Of a DNA stretch of 64,000 bases, positions 50,852-61,284 are shown one piece after another. The notes beneath the pieces are model-generated. The model worked only from the letters and a program-made list of their open reading frames with translations, did not search any database and had not been told where the DNA came from. The stretch spans positions 5,663 to 69,662 of the forward strand of contig JACPJV010000039.1 in NCBI GenBank assembly GCA_016187395.1. The letters run 5' to 3'. This DNA comes from Candidatus Aenigmatarchaeota archaeon. Its GTDB lineage: Archaea > Aenigmatarchaeota > Aenigmatarchaeia > GW2011-AR5 > JACRAC01. Made by a program: the position numbers and the translations under genes. Numbering within the stretch: position 1 is the stretch's first letter; each line of letters begins with the position of its first letter.

Positions 50852-53800
50852 TTTGTGGAATTGTCTGGTGAATAAGGAAAAAAGAAATACGGAGGCTTGT
50901 CAATATATTCGTCATCTGTTTCATCGGCGCATCCGAGGTCTTTCGGATAATCTGTCTTTCCGTCGCGGTCGTTGTCCACGCCGTCAGAGCATTGAGGAGC
51001 CTTGTGCAGAAAATTGGAGGCTTCATGCAGGACAGACCCGGCGATTCCCGGATTATTCAGCAAAACCATTCCCGCGACTCCTATTATGATGGCGAAAACG
51101 ACGACATAAGTCAGCGCAGGCGGCGGCACTTTCTTCACCCCTGCCTCCTTCGCCATCTCCGGGAGGAACTTAAATTTCTTCTTCAGCGCCCTTTCTGCAT
51201 CCGCCAGCGCTATCTGTTCCTCGATTTCGCTGATTCTTGATGCGAATGAGTGCATGCGGTTCTCATACACGCGGGTCTCTACGATCCTGAGTTCAACGTA
51301 CTTTCGCTGGAGGTCCTGCACCATCCTGAGCAGGTTCTCGCGCTCCTGCAGCAGCGTGATGCGCCTTGACGTGAAATGCAGGACGTTCTTTTTCATGGTC
51401 TCCAGTTCGATAGACCTCTGAACAACCTTGCTCAGGCGGTCTTCGTACTGCTCGAGCGCGGTCTTGTACTCGTCGATGCTCATCTTCTTCTTCCTGAACG
51501 CATCCACCTGGAGCTCCTTTATCATGCCAAGCAGAATCCCCTGCTCTTTTTTCAGTCCTCTCAGCGATTTCCTGATGACAAACAGCCGTATTTGCACGAA
51601 CAGGATTATTCCTGCGACGATTAACGCTACTGCCATGGCGCCGACATAAAGCCAGTTCTCCCCGAGATAGAATCCCAGATTGAACGCCCCTTTTGTCTCC
51701 AGCGCATACGTGAGATGGCCCTCTTTGGCTCTCTCGACGGCAAGCTGGAAATTCTCGCGTTCTGCAGATGCCTTTGCAAGATTGAGCAGGCGGGAGCTCT
51801 GCCTGATATCGAAACTGCGCTCCCTGGCGTATTCGACATTAATCTCCAGCGAGCCTATGGCAGCAGCCAATTCCTGTGACTGACCCTTCAGCTGAAGCAT
51901 CTGCTCTATCGCTTCCCGGGCTGCGTTGTAGTCTCTGTCCTCGATGCTGGCCCGTATCCTGGCTGCAAGGCTTTCTGCTGTGCGCGTTCCCAGTCCCATG
52001 CTTCGCATATACTCTGGAACAGCGAGCGACTCGTTGAGCCTGCCCAGAACCTCCCCAGGAGGCACGTCGAACACGACCAGCGTTACTGTCCTTTTGTCAA
52101 CAAGCTTCGTATATTTTATCACTTCTGCTGTTTCGCTTATCTTCCTGCTCTGGTTGATTATACCCTCGATCGTGAATTCAAGCACGTGCTTTCCTGCCGT
52201 GAAATAGCGGGGGGTTTCGATCGTGATTTTTATAGGTATAGTCTGGCCCCGTTCTATTGTCCTTACGATTTCAGGCTCTATCTTTACATACCTGGAAAGA
52301 ACGCCTTCAACGCTGATGCGCACGTTTTCAAGCCTGCCGTCAAACGGGTTTCCGAAGCTGAGCTGGAACGCGGTGTCCATTCCGCGCACAAGTTCGAACT
52401 TCTCAGCGGTTTTGAGCAGCTTTTCTTTCTCTTCAGGCGTAAGACCTCCTGCTGCGGCAGGCGCAGCGCCTCCGCCGCCACCGCTGCTGACAGTTGTTGT
52501 CGTGGTTGTTGTAACTGTGGTGGTTGTGTTGGCGCTCAGTGCGCTTACAACAACGCTCTTGCTGTCTGTGCCGGTCTTGTTCTCGGCAGAGCCTGCGAAT
52601 GCTGTTATTGTTTTCGTGCCAGTGTCTGCAGTGCTTGCTATGCTGACTACGACGCGGTTGGACGTAATGGCATTGACAGAAAGATTTCCGATGCTCCTGT
52701 TCTGCGAGCCGTTGCTCACTGACCAGCCGCTGGGCAGCCGCCACTCAAGCCACGCGCTTGTTGCTGATTCGTTGCCGCGGTTCTGGACTGTTGCGTTGAG
52801 CACGATGCCGGTGTCATTCTGAGTCACAGAGATGTTGTATTCTGCTATTGCCACGGACATGAACGGCCCGCCTGCGATGCTTGTGATTGTAGCATTGCTC
52901 GTTGCAGACGAGGGCGTAGCGCTGCTGTTCAGCGCGTCTATTGTTATGACGAGCGAGTCGCTGCGCTCGCTTGTCTTTGCCGTGACTGTAATATTAAACG
53001 TGGAGTTCACTCCGGGCGCGAGCGTGAACGAATAGCCATCTGTGCCTTCAGCTGTGCCGTTGTAGAATATTTCGTTCTTGTCCTCCCAGTCCGAAGTGAC
53101 TTTAAAATCCAGGCTCAGGTCGCCTGTGTTGTTCACTGTTACATTTCCCAAGCTGCCGTTCGTATTGAGCACCACCTGCAGCGTGCCAAAGCTCTCTGGC
53201 CCGGAAACCCATGTCGTATCCAGGCTTATGGTAAGGTTTGTGGTTGCAGATGTCGCGTTATTGCCTAAAGTATCATTGGCGAAGACGCGATACTGCCACG
53301 TGCTTTCGTTTGCCGGCGTAAACGAGGCGTTCCAGAGGTTTGTATAGGGAAGGCCTGTGCTGTTGGTCATGGTGACAAGCGTAAATGCACTTGCATTCAC
53401 TTCCTTGTATTCGAGGCGGACCAATGAAATGTTTGTAAATTCAGAAATATTCGCAGTAACTGCAATTGCACGATTGGGATCCAGTTCTGCACTCACATTG
53501 GGCGTGTTGTTGACTGCGTTGAATGACGGCGCTGAAACGTCTGTGACGTTGAATCTTATTGTGGTGCTGTTGCTCAGGCCTGCCACGTCAGTTACTGTGA
53601 TTATGCACGAGCCGCCTCCTGCCTCGAGCGTGGAGGCGTTTATTGTGGCATTCACCCTTGTGGAGTTCTGCCCGATAAGGCTCTGCGTGAGCAGGGCGTT
53701 GTAATTTGTCGCATTCACTGTAATCGTGGCTGTGTCGAGCTCTATGTTGTCAGTCCAGAAGCTGTTGCACGTGACTGCAGCGCTGTCATTAGGCGACGCA

Positions 53801-56800
53801 GGCGAGAAGGAGCTCTCGTTGAATACCGGGTTCAGGTTGTCGTTCGTCTGGTTCACGCCGAAACCTGTCATCAGCGCATTTGAAAGCTGGGTGTATGTTT
53901 CATTAAGGACTGTAAAGTCTCCATGGCCGTTCCAGATTACGCGCGCATTGCGCGACCAGAAGTAATCCGTGATACCTACCGACACCGATGAGGCAGTTTT
54001 TCTGATGTAGTTTTCATTGTCGCTGTTGTCAGATATATCAACAGAAGGTGTGCCGCTTATGCTCTGCGACCTGTTTAAGAATACCTCTCCTACAGCATTC
54101 GCAGTGGAATTGCTGTAGAAGCCGGCGAAAAGAATGCCGTTCTGGCTCAGGTAATCAGTCCCGTCGCCGCTGCCAACTGTATTTGTAAATATGCCGCTTG
54201 AGTTGCGCCATACGACGTTGTTGAAAAAGCCGTCCTGACCGAAGATTTTTGTGTCAAAGTATGATACCCAGCTTGACGACTCGCGCGAGCTTGTATTTAT
54301 CTCAAGCATGAAGTAAGGCGCCTGCACGAAGAATGCATAGGTGATGTTATAATCTATTGAGCACGTTCCCATCGTGCCTTTCACGCGGTAGCGCACCATG
54401 ACAGGGCCGTTGTCTATAGTAACAGTTGGAGCAGTATCCTGCGCTGCGCCGCACGTTCCCGCAGCTTTCTCCACCTGCGGCGTAATCTGCATCGGGTTGT
54501 TGCCGCGCAGGTCGCTGCTGTTGCCGAGCTTGCTGAAGGCTGACTGCATCACGCCGCCCGCAGAGTTGTTCAGCGTGACGTTATAGCCAAGGGCGCTTAT
54601 TGTGTAATACGTACTGACGTTCGTGATGCTCATGTTTGGACTGTAGTAATTTCCTGAGCCGCGGTCGCTGCGGGCGTAATGAATAAAGTATGTTCTGTTT
54701 TCATTTTTGCCAAGGCTGTCCACGAACACGAGGCGCGAATGGTTGACGCGGTCGCCTCCCTGATAGAGGTCGTATATTTGCACAGGTATCTCAAGGTCGT
54801 GAGTGCCATTGAAGATTGTCAGGCGCACGGAGTTGTTGTGCGTGCCGTAGGTGTAATTTACCAAAACATCGACAAAATCCCAGTAGCGTTCTGTTGTATT
54901 AGGTTCGCGCACATTCAGCTCCAGGCGGAAGGGGAATGAGCTGCCGTCAGCGTCAGTAAAGTTGCTCTGCCAGAGGCGGCCGACGTAGAACACCTGGCTG
55001 CGCTCTGTCGTGCCTATGGTCACGTTCCACCAGCCGTATGTGCCATTAATGACGTAGGTGTAGAAGAACTCTGCGGCTGAGTCGTTTGACATCGCTGCTG
55101 CTGATGCTTTCACAGAACCACTGGAATCCTTGATAGTGATTCGCGGCGCGATTTTTCCTGTATAGTCACCGAGCGCCAGTATCTTGACTCTGCTGCTGTT
55201 TGCGAAATAGCTGTTGCTGACGTTGCTGTCGTTGACGTAGGTCTTGATGCTGTAGAGATTCGGGTAAATGCCTGTGACGTTTCTTTTTGCGGACTGCACG
55301 CTGTTGCCTGCCGAATCATTAGCCCAGAAGCTGTAGTTGTGCGTGCCGAATGTGAGGCTCTTGGTCACGTTGCTGTATGCGCTTATGCCTGTTCCATTCT
55401 TTGGCGCGCTCTCGTTAACGCCATTAAATTCCAGCAGCACGGCGTCTATGGGCAGCAGGCTGTCTGAAACCGTCACGTTCAGCACGATTGTTGCGTTGCT
55501 TGTGTTCGTGCCGTCCGCCGGAGTCGGGCTTGTGAAAGAAACAGTTGGCGCGGTTATGTCCACGGTGATGTTCCTCATTGCCGAATCCCTGTTGTTGCCT
55601 GCCGTGTCATTTGCCCAGAGCTTCACGCGATGCGTTCCTTCGCTCAGCGTTGTGGAATTATAACAGCTGCCTGTGTTTCCGCTCTTCGAAGACTGGGCGC
55701 TGCTGTTGCTGCCATCTATTTCAATGCGGCACGAGTCCAGAGGCAGCAGCGCATCCACGTAGCTTGCATTAAACGTCTGCGCCTGCGTCGAGGTATTCAA
55801 ACCTTCAGCAGGCGTTGGCGAAGCCAGCGTAACGTTGGGCGCGGTTGCGTCAACGGTTATATTCCGCAGTTCGCTCTGGTTCAGATTGCCAAGCGTGTCG
55901 TTGAACCAGAATTTGTAGACGTATGTTCCATCGGCAATGGAGGAATTGGTGAAGTTGGAGTAGATGCTAAGACCGCTGGCGTTCTTTGCCGTGCTGATGT
56001 TGGCTCTGTTCCACTCAAATAGCACAGAATCTATGTACAGGAAATTGTCTGTGATTGTCACGTTGAACGTATAGCCTGCCGTGCTTGTATTAATTCCGCT
56101 TGCAGGGGTTGGCGAGACGTAGGTGCCCTGCGGCGCTGTCGTGTCAATAGTGATAGTCGTGCTTGCATTCGCTGCATTGGCAGCGCGGTCCCTGCCTTCA
56201 ACGCGGATCGTATATGTTCCATCGGACTGGCTTGTCAGATTGTATCTTGTGATTGTGCTATTTGTTGTGTTGCCTTCGCCATTGAGCGTGCTATCCACGT
56301 ACACGCGGTACGCGAGGTCTGTGAATATGTTGTCGGTTATGTTGAATGTAACTTCAGGCGTGGTGTCTGTCGTATTCGTGCCTGCGGCAGGGCTTGTTAT
56401 TGTGGATGTCGGGTTTGTGTCGTCCACTGTAATGTTAATCGGAGTAGAGTTGGCGGAATTGCCTGCGCGGTCGCGGCCTTCGACACGGATTGCGAAGGTG
56501 CCATTGGATTGTGCAGTCAGATTGAACTTCGTGACTGTGTTGTTTGTGGTGTTGCCCTGGCCATTCAGGGCGGTATTGACATAAACACGGTACTCAATGC
56601 CGTTCGTGCCGGCGAAGACGTTGTCTGTGATGTTAAACGTGATTTCAGGCGTCGTATCTGATGTATTCGTGCCGTGCGCAGGGCTTGTTATTGTGGACGT
56701 GGGTACGGTATCGTCTACTGTTATGTTGATGGATGTTGTGTTGGCAGCATTCCCTGCGCGGTCTCTTCCCTCAACCCTTATGGCATAAGTGCCGTTGGCC

Positions 56801-59800
56801 TGCGCTGAAACGTTCGCCTTGGTAGCTGTGTTGTTCGTGGTATTGCCTTCTGCGCGGATGGTGCTATCAACATAAACGCGGAATTCTATGCCATTTGTGC
56901 CTGCGAACACATTATCAGTGAAGTTGAATGATACCTCAGGCGTTGTGTCTGATGTGTTCGTGCCTGCGGCAGGGCTTGTTATCTCGCCGGCAGGCGCTGC
57001 AGTGTCTATGGTAATCGTCGTGCTCGCGTTCCTGGAATTCCCGGCGCGGTCCCTTCCCTCCACGCGCACCGTGTATGTGCCATCTGCCTGGCTTGTCAGG
57101 TTGTACCTTGTGATTGTGCTGTTTGTGGTGTTGCCTTCGCCATTGAGCGTGCTGTCAGCATAGACGCGATAAGCGAGGTCTGTGAATATGTTGTCGGTTA
57201 TATTGAATGTTACTTCAGGCGTCGTGTCTGTCGTATTGGTTCCGTTTGCAGGGATTGTCATCGTGATGTTGGGCAATGTTGCGTCAATGGTTATACTCTG
57301 CAATCCGCTCTGGTTGACGTTGTTCAGCGTGTCGTTTGCAAAAAACTTGTAGACGTACGTGCCATCAGCAAGCGAGGATTTGGTGACATTTGAATACACG
57401 CTTATGCCGCTGCTGTTCTTTGGCGCGCTTTCATTCGCTCTGTTCCATTCAAACACAACAGCGTCAATATTTGTCGCTGCGTCTATAACAGTCACGTTGA
57501 ACGTGTACGCAGTCGTGCTGGTGTTCAAGCCTGAGGCAGGCGTGGGCGAGACAAAGGTTATGGCAGGCCCTGAAGTGTCAGGATTCAGAACCGTAAAGTT
57601 CCTTCTCGGCGTGTTGTTCACATTGTTCGCTGTGTCGTTGAACCAGAAGGTATAATTGTGCGTGGCTATTGAAAGGCCTGACGCTGTGAAGTTTGCATAC
57701 ACGCTTCTTCCTGTGCCGTTCGTGGAGGCGGTATAGTTCGTGCTGTCCAGCTCAAAGAGAACCACGTTAATGTTTGTGAGAGTGTCGTCTATCGTAGCGT
57801 TGAACGTCCATGTAGTGTTTGTTGAATTTTCGCCATTTGCAGGCGTGGGAAATACATAACTGCCTGATGGAAGGGCTGTATCAACAGTCATTGTGCGAAG
57901 CGCGGTTATGTTAAGGTTTCCTGCCTGGTCTATGGCGTAAACGGAATAATTATGAATCCCGTTCGACAAGCCTGTGAAATTCCTGTAAACCGTATTCTGC
58001 GTTTCCGCGCTCCTCATCGAGGCGTTGATTTCCTGTTCTGAAAGAGCGCGTGACCAGATTTTCACCTCGTCTAGGGTTGCATTTGCCACGTTAGTTCCGA
58101 CTTGTGCACCTCCAATTCCTACTGAACCTGTCGATACATTCAAGAGTCCGCCGAAAGCAACCGAAGCGTCTACCACACCATTAACATAAATCATCTTATT
58201 GGTGCCGTTCCATACGGCGGCTACATGATACCATTGATTGTTGTTTAGTGAAGATGAGGAAGACAAAGTTTGAAGAGATGTTTCATTTCTTGTTTGAAAT
58301 TGAACGGTTCCTGTGGAGGTCGCCACCACTCTGAAAGGATTGACAGTTGAACCTGTGTCTTTAGAGATGTATACATCATTCCCAACAGCAGAATATCTTA
58401 TAACCCAAAACTCTATTGTGAGCGCAGATAAAATATTGAATGATGAATGATTGCTGACAACTGCCCTACCTGTGTCTGAACTATCGTATTCGACAAATCT
58501 CAATCCTTTTCCATAATAACCGGTTGTCAGATTTCCTTCACTTGAAACTCCTCCAAATGAAGTCAGGTTGTTTCCATATGTTGAATTGTCGAATGTTCCA
58601 TTGCCGTATTCAAAAGACAAATACATGACCAGCAACCTGTTGAAATCAATGAACGCCGATGTGTTGTAGAGATTGTCCGAAACGCTGGCATTGATGAACG
58701 CCCACGTCTGCGTTGTGTTCGTGCCGTGTGCTGGGGTCTGGCCCTGGAAGGTTATTGCTGGCGGGATGTTGTCTACGATTATGCTGTTGTTTAGCGGAGT
58801 CGAATTTGTCAAGCCATCTTCTGCCCATGCTGTCACGGTTATGTTGTCGCCGGGCTTGTAGGATACACCCGGACCGCCAAATGCAGAGCTGTTTATGCGG
58901 TTGAATGTTGAATTGACTACAGTGCCGCTGGCAATGCCGGTGTAGTTCAGCTGGCAACAGAACACGCTGTTCACCGACCAGTTGAAGTAGACGCTCAGGC
59001 TGCTCGCCAAGTTATCGGTTGTCGTTGTGTTCGCAGTTATGTAGTCATTTGCATTCGTGATGTTGAACAACGGCTGGGTAACTGTAGGCGGTGTCGTATC
59101 CACGGTCACAGTCCTCAAAGGCGTTATGTTCAGGTTTCCTGCCTGGTCTATGGCGTACACGGAATAATTATGCCTGGCGTCAGAAAGCCCTGTGAAATTC
59201 GCAAACACGCTTCCCGTGCTGCCGTAGAAGCGGCTGTTCATGCTTGCATTTATTTCCTCTGCGCTCAGTGCCCTGCTCCAGATTCTCACTTCGTCAGAAG
59301 TCTGGTTTGAACCAGTATTAATGTTATCTCGTCCACCAAGAAAAACACGCCATTGGGACAAGTTGAGCAAGCCGCCCAAGGCTCTGCTGTTTTTTATGTT
59401 CCCGTCAAGATATACCAACATGGTCGTTCCGTTCCACGTTCCAGCTATATGATGCCATTTCCCATCGCCGTCTATCCCTGCGTTTGAAGAAAGGGACGTC
59501 GAGCCTGTCTGGTTTATTATGGTAAGTTGTATTTCATTTGTTCTATCCGAAGTCAACTCCCATGCCTGTCTTTTTCCAACTATATATTTTACAAGCGTTG
59601 TGTTCTCATGCATAATGACCCATGCTTCGAGCGTCAACCCTGTCTGGAAATAGAAAGGCGTGGCATTGGTCGCATTCAGGCCGCAGCTTGAGCACGAGCC
59701 GCTTATATTCACTATGAAGCCGTTTCCGTAATAGCCTGCGACGATGTTGTTTGCGCTTGCCTGCGTGGCGTATGTTGCTTTCAGCTTGTATGTGGAATTG

Positions 59801-60381
59801 TCATAAACCGCAATACTATCGTAGCTTTCAAATGACCAGTAGCCAATCAGAGAATTGTTGAAGTCTATGAACATTGAGGTGTTTGAGTCGTCTGTCACGG
59901 ATGCGTTGATTTCAGCGTAGGTTTTGCTCGTGTTTGTGCCGTCTGCTGGCGTCAAGCCCTGGTATGAGATGGACGGAGGCACTGTATTGCGCGTGAAGTT
60001 TACTGTCGCGCCTGTTGCGTTCTCATCAGCGCTGCTTGTATTTGACCTTATGTAAGCGGTAAAATTATGCCTGCCGTCTGACGAGAAGTTTATCTGCATC
60101 CATGCGACAGTGCCGCTGAACGGAATCAACGAGAAGTTCTGCCTGTTGCCGCTCTGGTTTGTCCATTCTACCCTTGTCCCGACTGTATCTGTAAAATTAA
60201 TCGTCTCGTTGCTTGTTATATTGACGGTGAAGTTGTTGCGGTTTGTAAAGGAGTTTTCAAGAGGCGTGGGTGTTGCGTAATCAACGCTCGGCGCAGCGAA
60301 GACAGGCATTGCCAGCACGAGCAGCGCCAGCAGCATCAGTAGTGCTACGCTGCTGCCTGCTGTTTTGCTGTTCCTTTTCAT
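50836..60381 (-). CDS. giant surface glycoprotein/adhesin (3181 aa): two LamG-like domains, many Ig-like domains, Thr/Gly stalk, two TM segments with cytoplasmic coiled coil, C-terminal Cys/Asp-rich motif
   Basis: Signal peptide and an uninterrupted 9.5-kb ORF. The LamG block is about 80 percent identical in protein to the one in the 2167-aa protein. Very many N-x-S/T sequons. C-terminal CSDGVDNDRDGKTDYPKDLGC. Confidence 0.9.
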   Translation of the reverse strand: MKRNSKTAGSSVALLMLLALLVLAMPVFAAPSVDYATPTPLENSFTNRNNFTVNITSNETINFTDTVGTRVEWTNQSGNRQNFSLIPFSGTVAWMQINFSSDGRHNFTAYIRSNTSSADENATGATVNFTRNTVPPSISYQGLTPADGTNTSKTYAEINASVTDDSNTSMFIDFNNSLIGYWSFESYDSIAVYDNSTYKLKATYATQASANNIVAGYYGNGFIVNISGSCSSCGLNATNATPFYFQTGLTLEAWVIMHENTTLVKYIVGKRQAWELTSDRTNEIQLTIINQTGSTSLSSNAGIDGDGKWHHIAGTWNGTTMLVYLDGNIKNSRALGGLLNLSQWRVFLGGRDNINTGSNQTSDEVRIWSRALSAEEINASMNSRFYGSTGSVFANFTGLSDARHNYSVYAIDQAGNLNITPLRTVTVDTTPPTVTQPLFNITNANDYITANTTTTDNLASSLSVYFNWSVNSVFCCQLNYTGIASGTVVNSTFNRINSSAFGGPGVSYKPGDNITVTAWAEDGLTNSTPLNNSIIVDNIPPAITFQGQTPAHGTNTTQTWAFINASVSDNLYNTSAFIDFNRLLVMYLSFEYGNGTFDNSTYGNNLTSFGGVSSEGNLTTGYYGKGLRFVEYDSSDTGRAVVSNHSSFNILSALTIEFWVIRYSAVGNDVYISKDTGSTVNPFRVVATSTGTVQFQTRNETSLQTLSSSSSLNNNQWYHVAAVWNGTNKMIYVNGVVDASVAFGGLLNVSTGSVGIGGAQVGTNVANATLDEVKIWSRALSEQEINASMRSAETQNTVYRNFTGLSNGIHNYSVYAIDQAGNLNITALRTMTVDTALPSGSYVFPTPANGENSTNTTWTFNATIDDTLTNINVVLFELDSTNYTASTNGTGRSVYANFTASGLSIATHNYTFWFNDTANNVNNTPRRNFTVLNPDTSGPAITFVSPTPASGLNTSTTAYTFNVTVIDAATNIDAVVFEWNRANESAPKNSSGISVYSNVTKSSLADGTYVYKFFANDTLNNVNQSGLQSITIDATLPNITMTIPANGTNTTDTTPEVTFNITDNIFTDLAYRVYADSTLNGEGNTTNSTITRYNLTSQADGTYTVRVEGRDRAGNSRNASTTITIDTAAPAGEITSPAAGTNTSDTTPEVSFNFTDNVFAGTNGIEFRVYVDSTIRAEGNTTNNTATKANVSAQANGTYAIRVEGRDRAGNAANTTSINITVDDTVPTSTITSPAHGTNTSDTTPEITFNITDNVFAGTNGIEYRVYVNTALNGQGNTTNNTVTKFNLTAQSNGTFAIRVEGRDRAGNSANSTPINITVDDTNPTSTITSPAAGTNTTDTTPEVTFNITDNIFTDLAYRVYVDSTLNGEGNTTNSTITRYNLTSQSDGTYTIRVEGRDRAANAANASTTITIDTTAPQGTYVSPTPASGINTSTAGYTFNVTITDNFLYIDSVLFEWNRANISTAKNASGLSIYSNFTNSSIADGTYVYKFWFNDTLGNLNQSELRNITVDATAPNVTLASPTPAEGLNTSTQAQTFNASYVDALLPLDSCRIEIDGSNSSAQSSKSGNTGSCYNSTTLSEGTHRVKLWANDTAGNNRDSAMRNITVDITAPTVSFTSPTPADGTNTSNATIVLNVTVSDSLLPIDAVLLEFNGVNESAPKNGTGISAYSNVTKSLTFGTHNYSFWANDSAGNSVQSAKRNVTGIYPNLYSIKTYVNDSNVSNSYFANSSRVKILALGDYTGKIAPRITIKDSSGSVKASAAAMSNDSAAEFFYTYVINGTYGWWNVTIGTTERSQVFYVGRLWQSNFTDADGSSFPFRLELNVREPNTTERYWDFVDVLVNYTYGTHNNSVRLTIFNGTHDLEIPVQIYDLYQGGDRVNHSRLVFVDSLGKNENRTYFIHYARSDRGSGNYYSPNMSITNVSTYYTISALGYNVTLNNSAGGVMQSAFSKLGNSSDLRGNNPMQITPQVEKAAGTCGAAQDTAPTVTIDNGPVMVRYRVKGTMGTCSIDYNITYAFFVQAPYFMLEINTSSRESSSWVSYFDTKIFGQDGFFNNVVWRNSSGIFTNTVGSGDGTDYLSQNGILFAGFYSNSTANAVGEVFLNRSQSISGTPSVDISDNSDNENYIRKTASSVSVGITDYFWSRNARVIWNGHGDFTVLNETYTQLSNALMTGFGVNQTNDNLNPVFNESSFSPASPNDSAAVTCNSFWTDNIELDTATITVNATNYNALLTQSLIGQNSTRVNATINASTLEAGGGSCIITVTDVAGLSNSTTIRFNVTDVSAPSFNAVNNTPNVSAELDPNRAIAVTANISEFTNISLVRLEYKEVNASAFTLVTMTNSTGLPYTNLWNASFTPANESTWQYRVFANDTLGNNATSATTNLTISLDTTWVSGPESFGTLQVVLNTNGSLGNVTVNNTGDLSLDFKVTSDWEDKNEIFYNGTAEGTDGYSFTLAPGVNSTFNITVTAKTSERSDSLVITIDALNSSATPSSATSNATITSIAGGPFMSVAIAEYNISVTQNDTGIVLNATVQNRGNESATSAWLEWRLPSGWSVSNGSQNRSIGNLSVNAITSNRVVVSIASTADTGTKTITAFAGSAENKTGTDSKSVVVSALSANTTTTVTTTTTTTVSSGGGGGAAPAAAGGLTPEEKEKLLKTAEKFELVRGMDTAFQLSFGNPFDGRLENVRISVEGVLSRYVKIEPEIVRTIERGQTIPIKITIETPRYFTAGKHVLEFTIEGIINQSRKISETAEVIKYTKLVDKRTVTLVVFDVPPGEVLGRLNESLAVPEYMRSMGLGTRTAESLAARIRASIEDRDYNAAREAIEQMLQLKGQSQELAAAIGSLEINVEYARERSFDIRQSSRLLNLAKASAERENFQLAVERAKEGHLTYALETKGAFNLGFYLGENWLYVGAMAVALIVAGIILFVQIRLFVIRKSLRGLKKEQGILLGMIKELQVDAFRKKKMSIDEYKTALEQYEDRLSKVVQRSIELETMKKNVLHFTSRRITLLQERENLLRMVQDLQRKYVELRIVETRVYENRMHSFASRISEIEEQIALADAERALKKKFKFLPEMAKEAGVKKVPPPALTYVVVFAIIIGVAGMVLLNNPGIAGSVLHEASNFLHKAPQCSDGVDNDRDGKTDYPKDLGCADETDDEYIDKPPYFFFPYSPDNSTNHSLP
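56125..57270 (-). repeat. four tandem about-96-aa coding repeats (pattern A-B-B-A)
   Basis: Unit is ITSPAAGTNT-DTTPE(V/I)-FN-TDN-F...RVEGRDRAGN. The first and fourth units are nearly identical to each other, as are the second and third. Confidence 0.8.
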
Positions 60382-60435
60382 GCGGTCACCTCTTTGTTTA
60401 AATATTCTTCGGGATTATGATTATTGGTGATTATC

Positions 60436-60699
60436 ATGGCTGAACTGAAAGTGGAGATACCTGAGGAGCTTGAGAAGGAGATCAGGGGACTTCCCGAAGA
60501 CGTTTCCAAATTTGTCAGGGAGGCGGTAGAGGAGAGACTTGCAGAATCAAGGTTGGAGAGGTCAAAGGATTTCAGAAAACTGCTGTTATCGGTGTTCAAC
60601 AGGATGACAGAGAACAGCAAACTCACTGAAGAGGACGCACTGGAGCTTGGACGGAAGGTAAATGAATCCGTGGCCAGAAAATACGGGTTGGTTAAATAA
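60436..60699 (+). CDS. vapB: antitoxin partner of PIN toxin
   Basis: ATG at 60436. Paralog of 25443-25691. Confidence 0.75.
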   Translation: MAELKVEIPEELEKEIRGLPEDVSKFVREAVEERLAESRLERSKDFRKLLLSVFNRMTENSKLTEEDALELGRKVNESVARKYGLVK

Positions 60700-60708
60700 G
60701 GTGTGCAA

Positions 60709-61152
60709 ATGAAGCTCGTTGTGGATGCGAATGTCCTGTTTTCTTTTTTCAAGAAAGACAGCACAACCAGGAGAATAATTCTGGATCCTGATTTCAAATA
60801 CAATCTGGAATTATACGCTCCTGAATTTGTGATGGAAGAAATTGGCAGGCACAAAGATGAAATCTGTTCCATGTTTGGCATTGCTACGAAAGATTTTGAT
60901 ACGATGTTCATGGCAATAAAGTTGTTTGTTAGAATAGTTCCAAAAAACTCTTTTGAGGCATTCCTTCCGAAGGCAACCGAGGCGCTGTCGCCCCATATCA
61001 AAGATGCGCCATATGTAGCCCTTTCATTATGGCTGTATAGTGAAGGACACAAAATTAGACTCTGGTCTAATGAGAAGAGGCTGAGAACATTGGAGGAGCA
61101 TGGAGTAAGTGTAATTTCCACTTCCGGGCTTGTTGAAGAGTTTGGCTTATAG
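60709..61152 (+). CDS. vapC: PIN-domain toxin
   Basis: The MKLVVDANVLFSFF N-terminus. Paralog of 25035-25442. Confidence 0.85.
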   Translation: MKLVVDANVLFSFFKKDSTTRRIILDPDFKYNLELYAPEFVMEEIGRHKDEICSMFGIATKDFDTMFMAIKLFVRIVPKNSFEAFLPKATEALSPHIKDAPYVALSLWLYSEGHKIRLWSNEKRLRTLEEHGVSVISTSGLVEEFGL

Positions 61153-61284
61153 GTCTTTGCACCATGAAAATAGGCGTGGATGTTCTCATGGACTGCCCTT
61201 CGGGCAATAGGTCTGCTTTTCTTCAGATGCCTTTCTTTGCTCATTTCGTAGCTGTACTTCATACTTCCACCTCTTTCTTTTTCA

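Noticed and set aside
2776-60381. Dozens of 60-300-aa ORFs nested in or antisense to the P-type ATPase, the two giant adhesin genes, the ATPase genes and the 987-aa protein
   Set aside because: Each is fully contained within a much longer ORF that has strong motif support. Several mirror each other only because the underlying coding DNA is repeated, for example 13214-13426 and 59240-59452.
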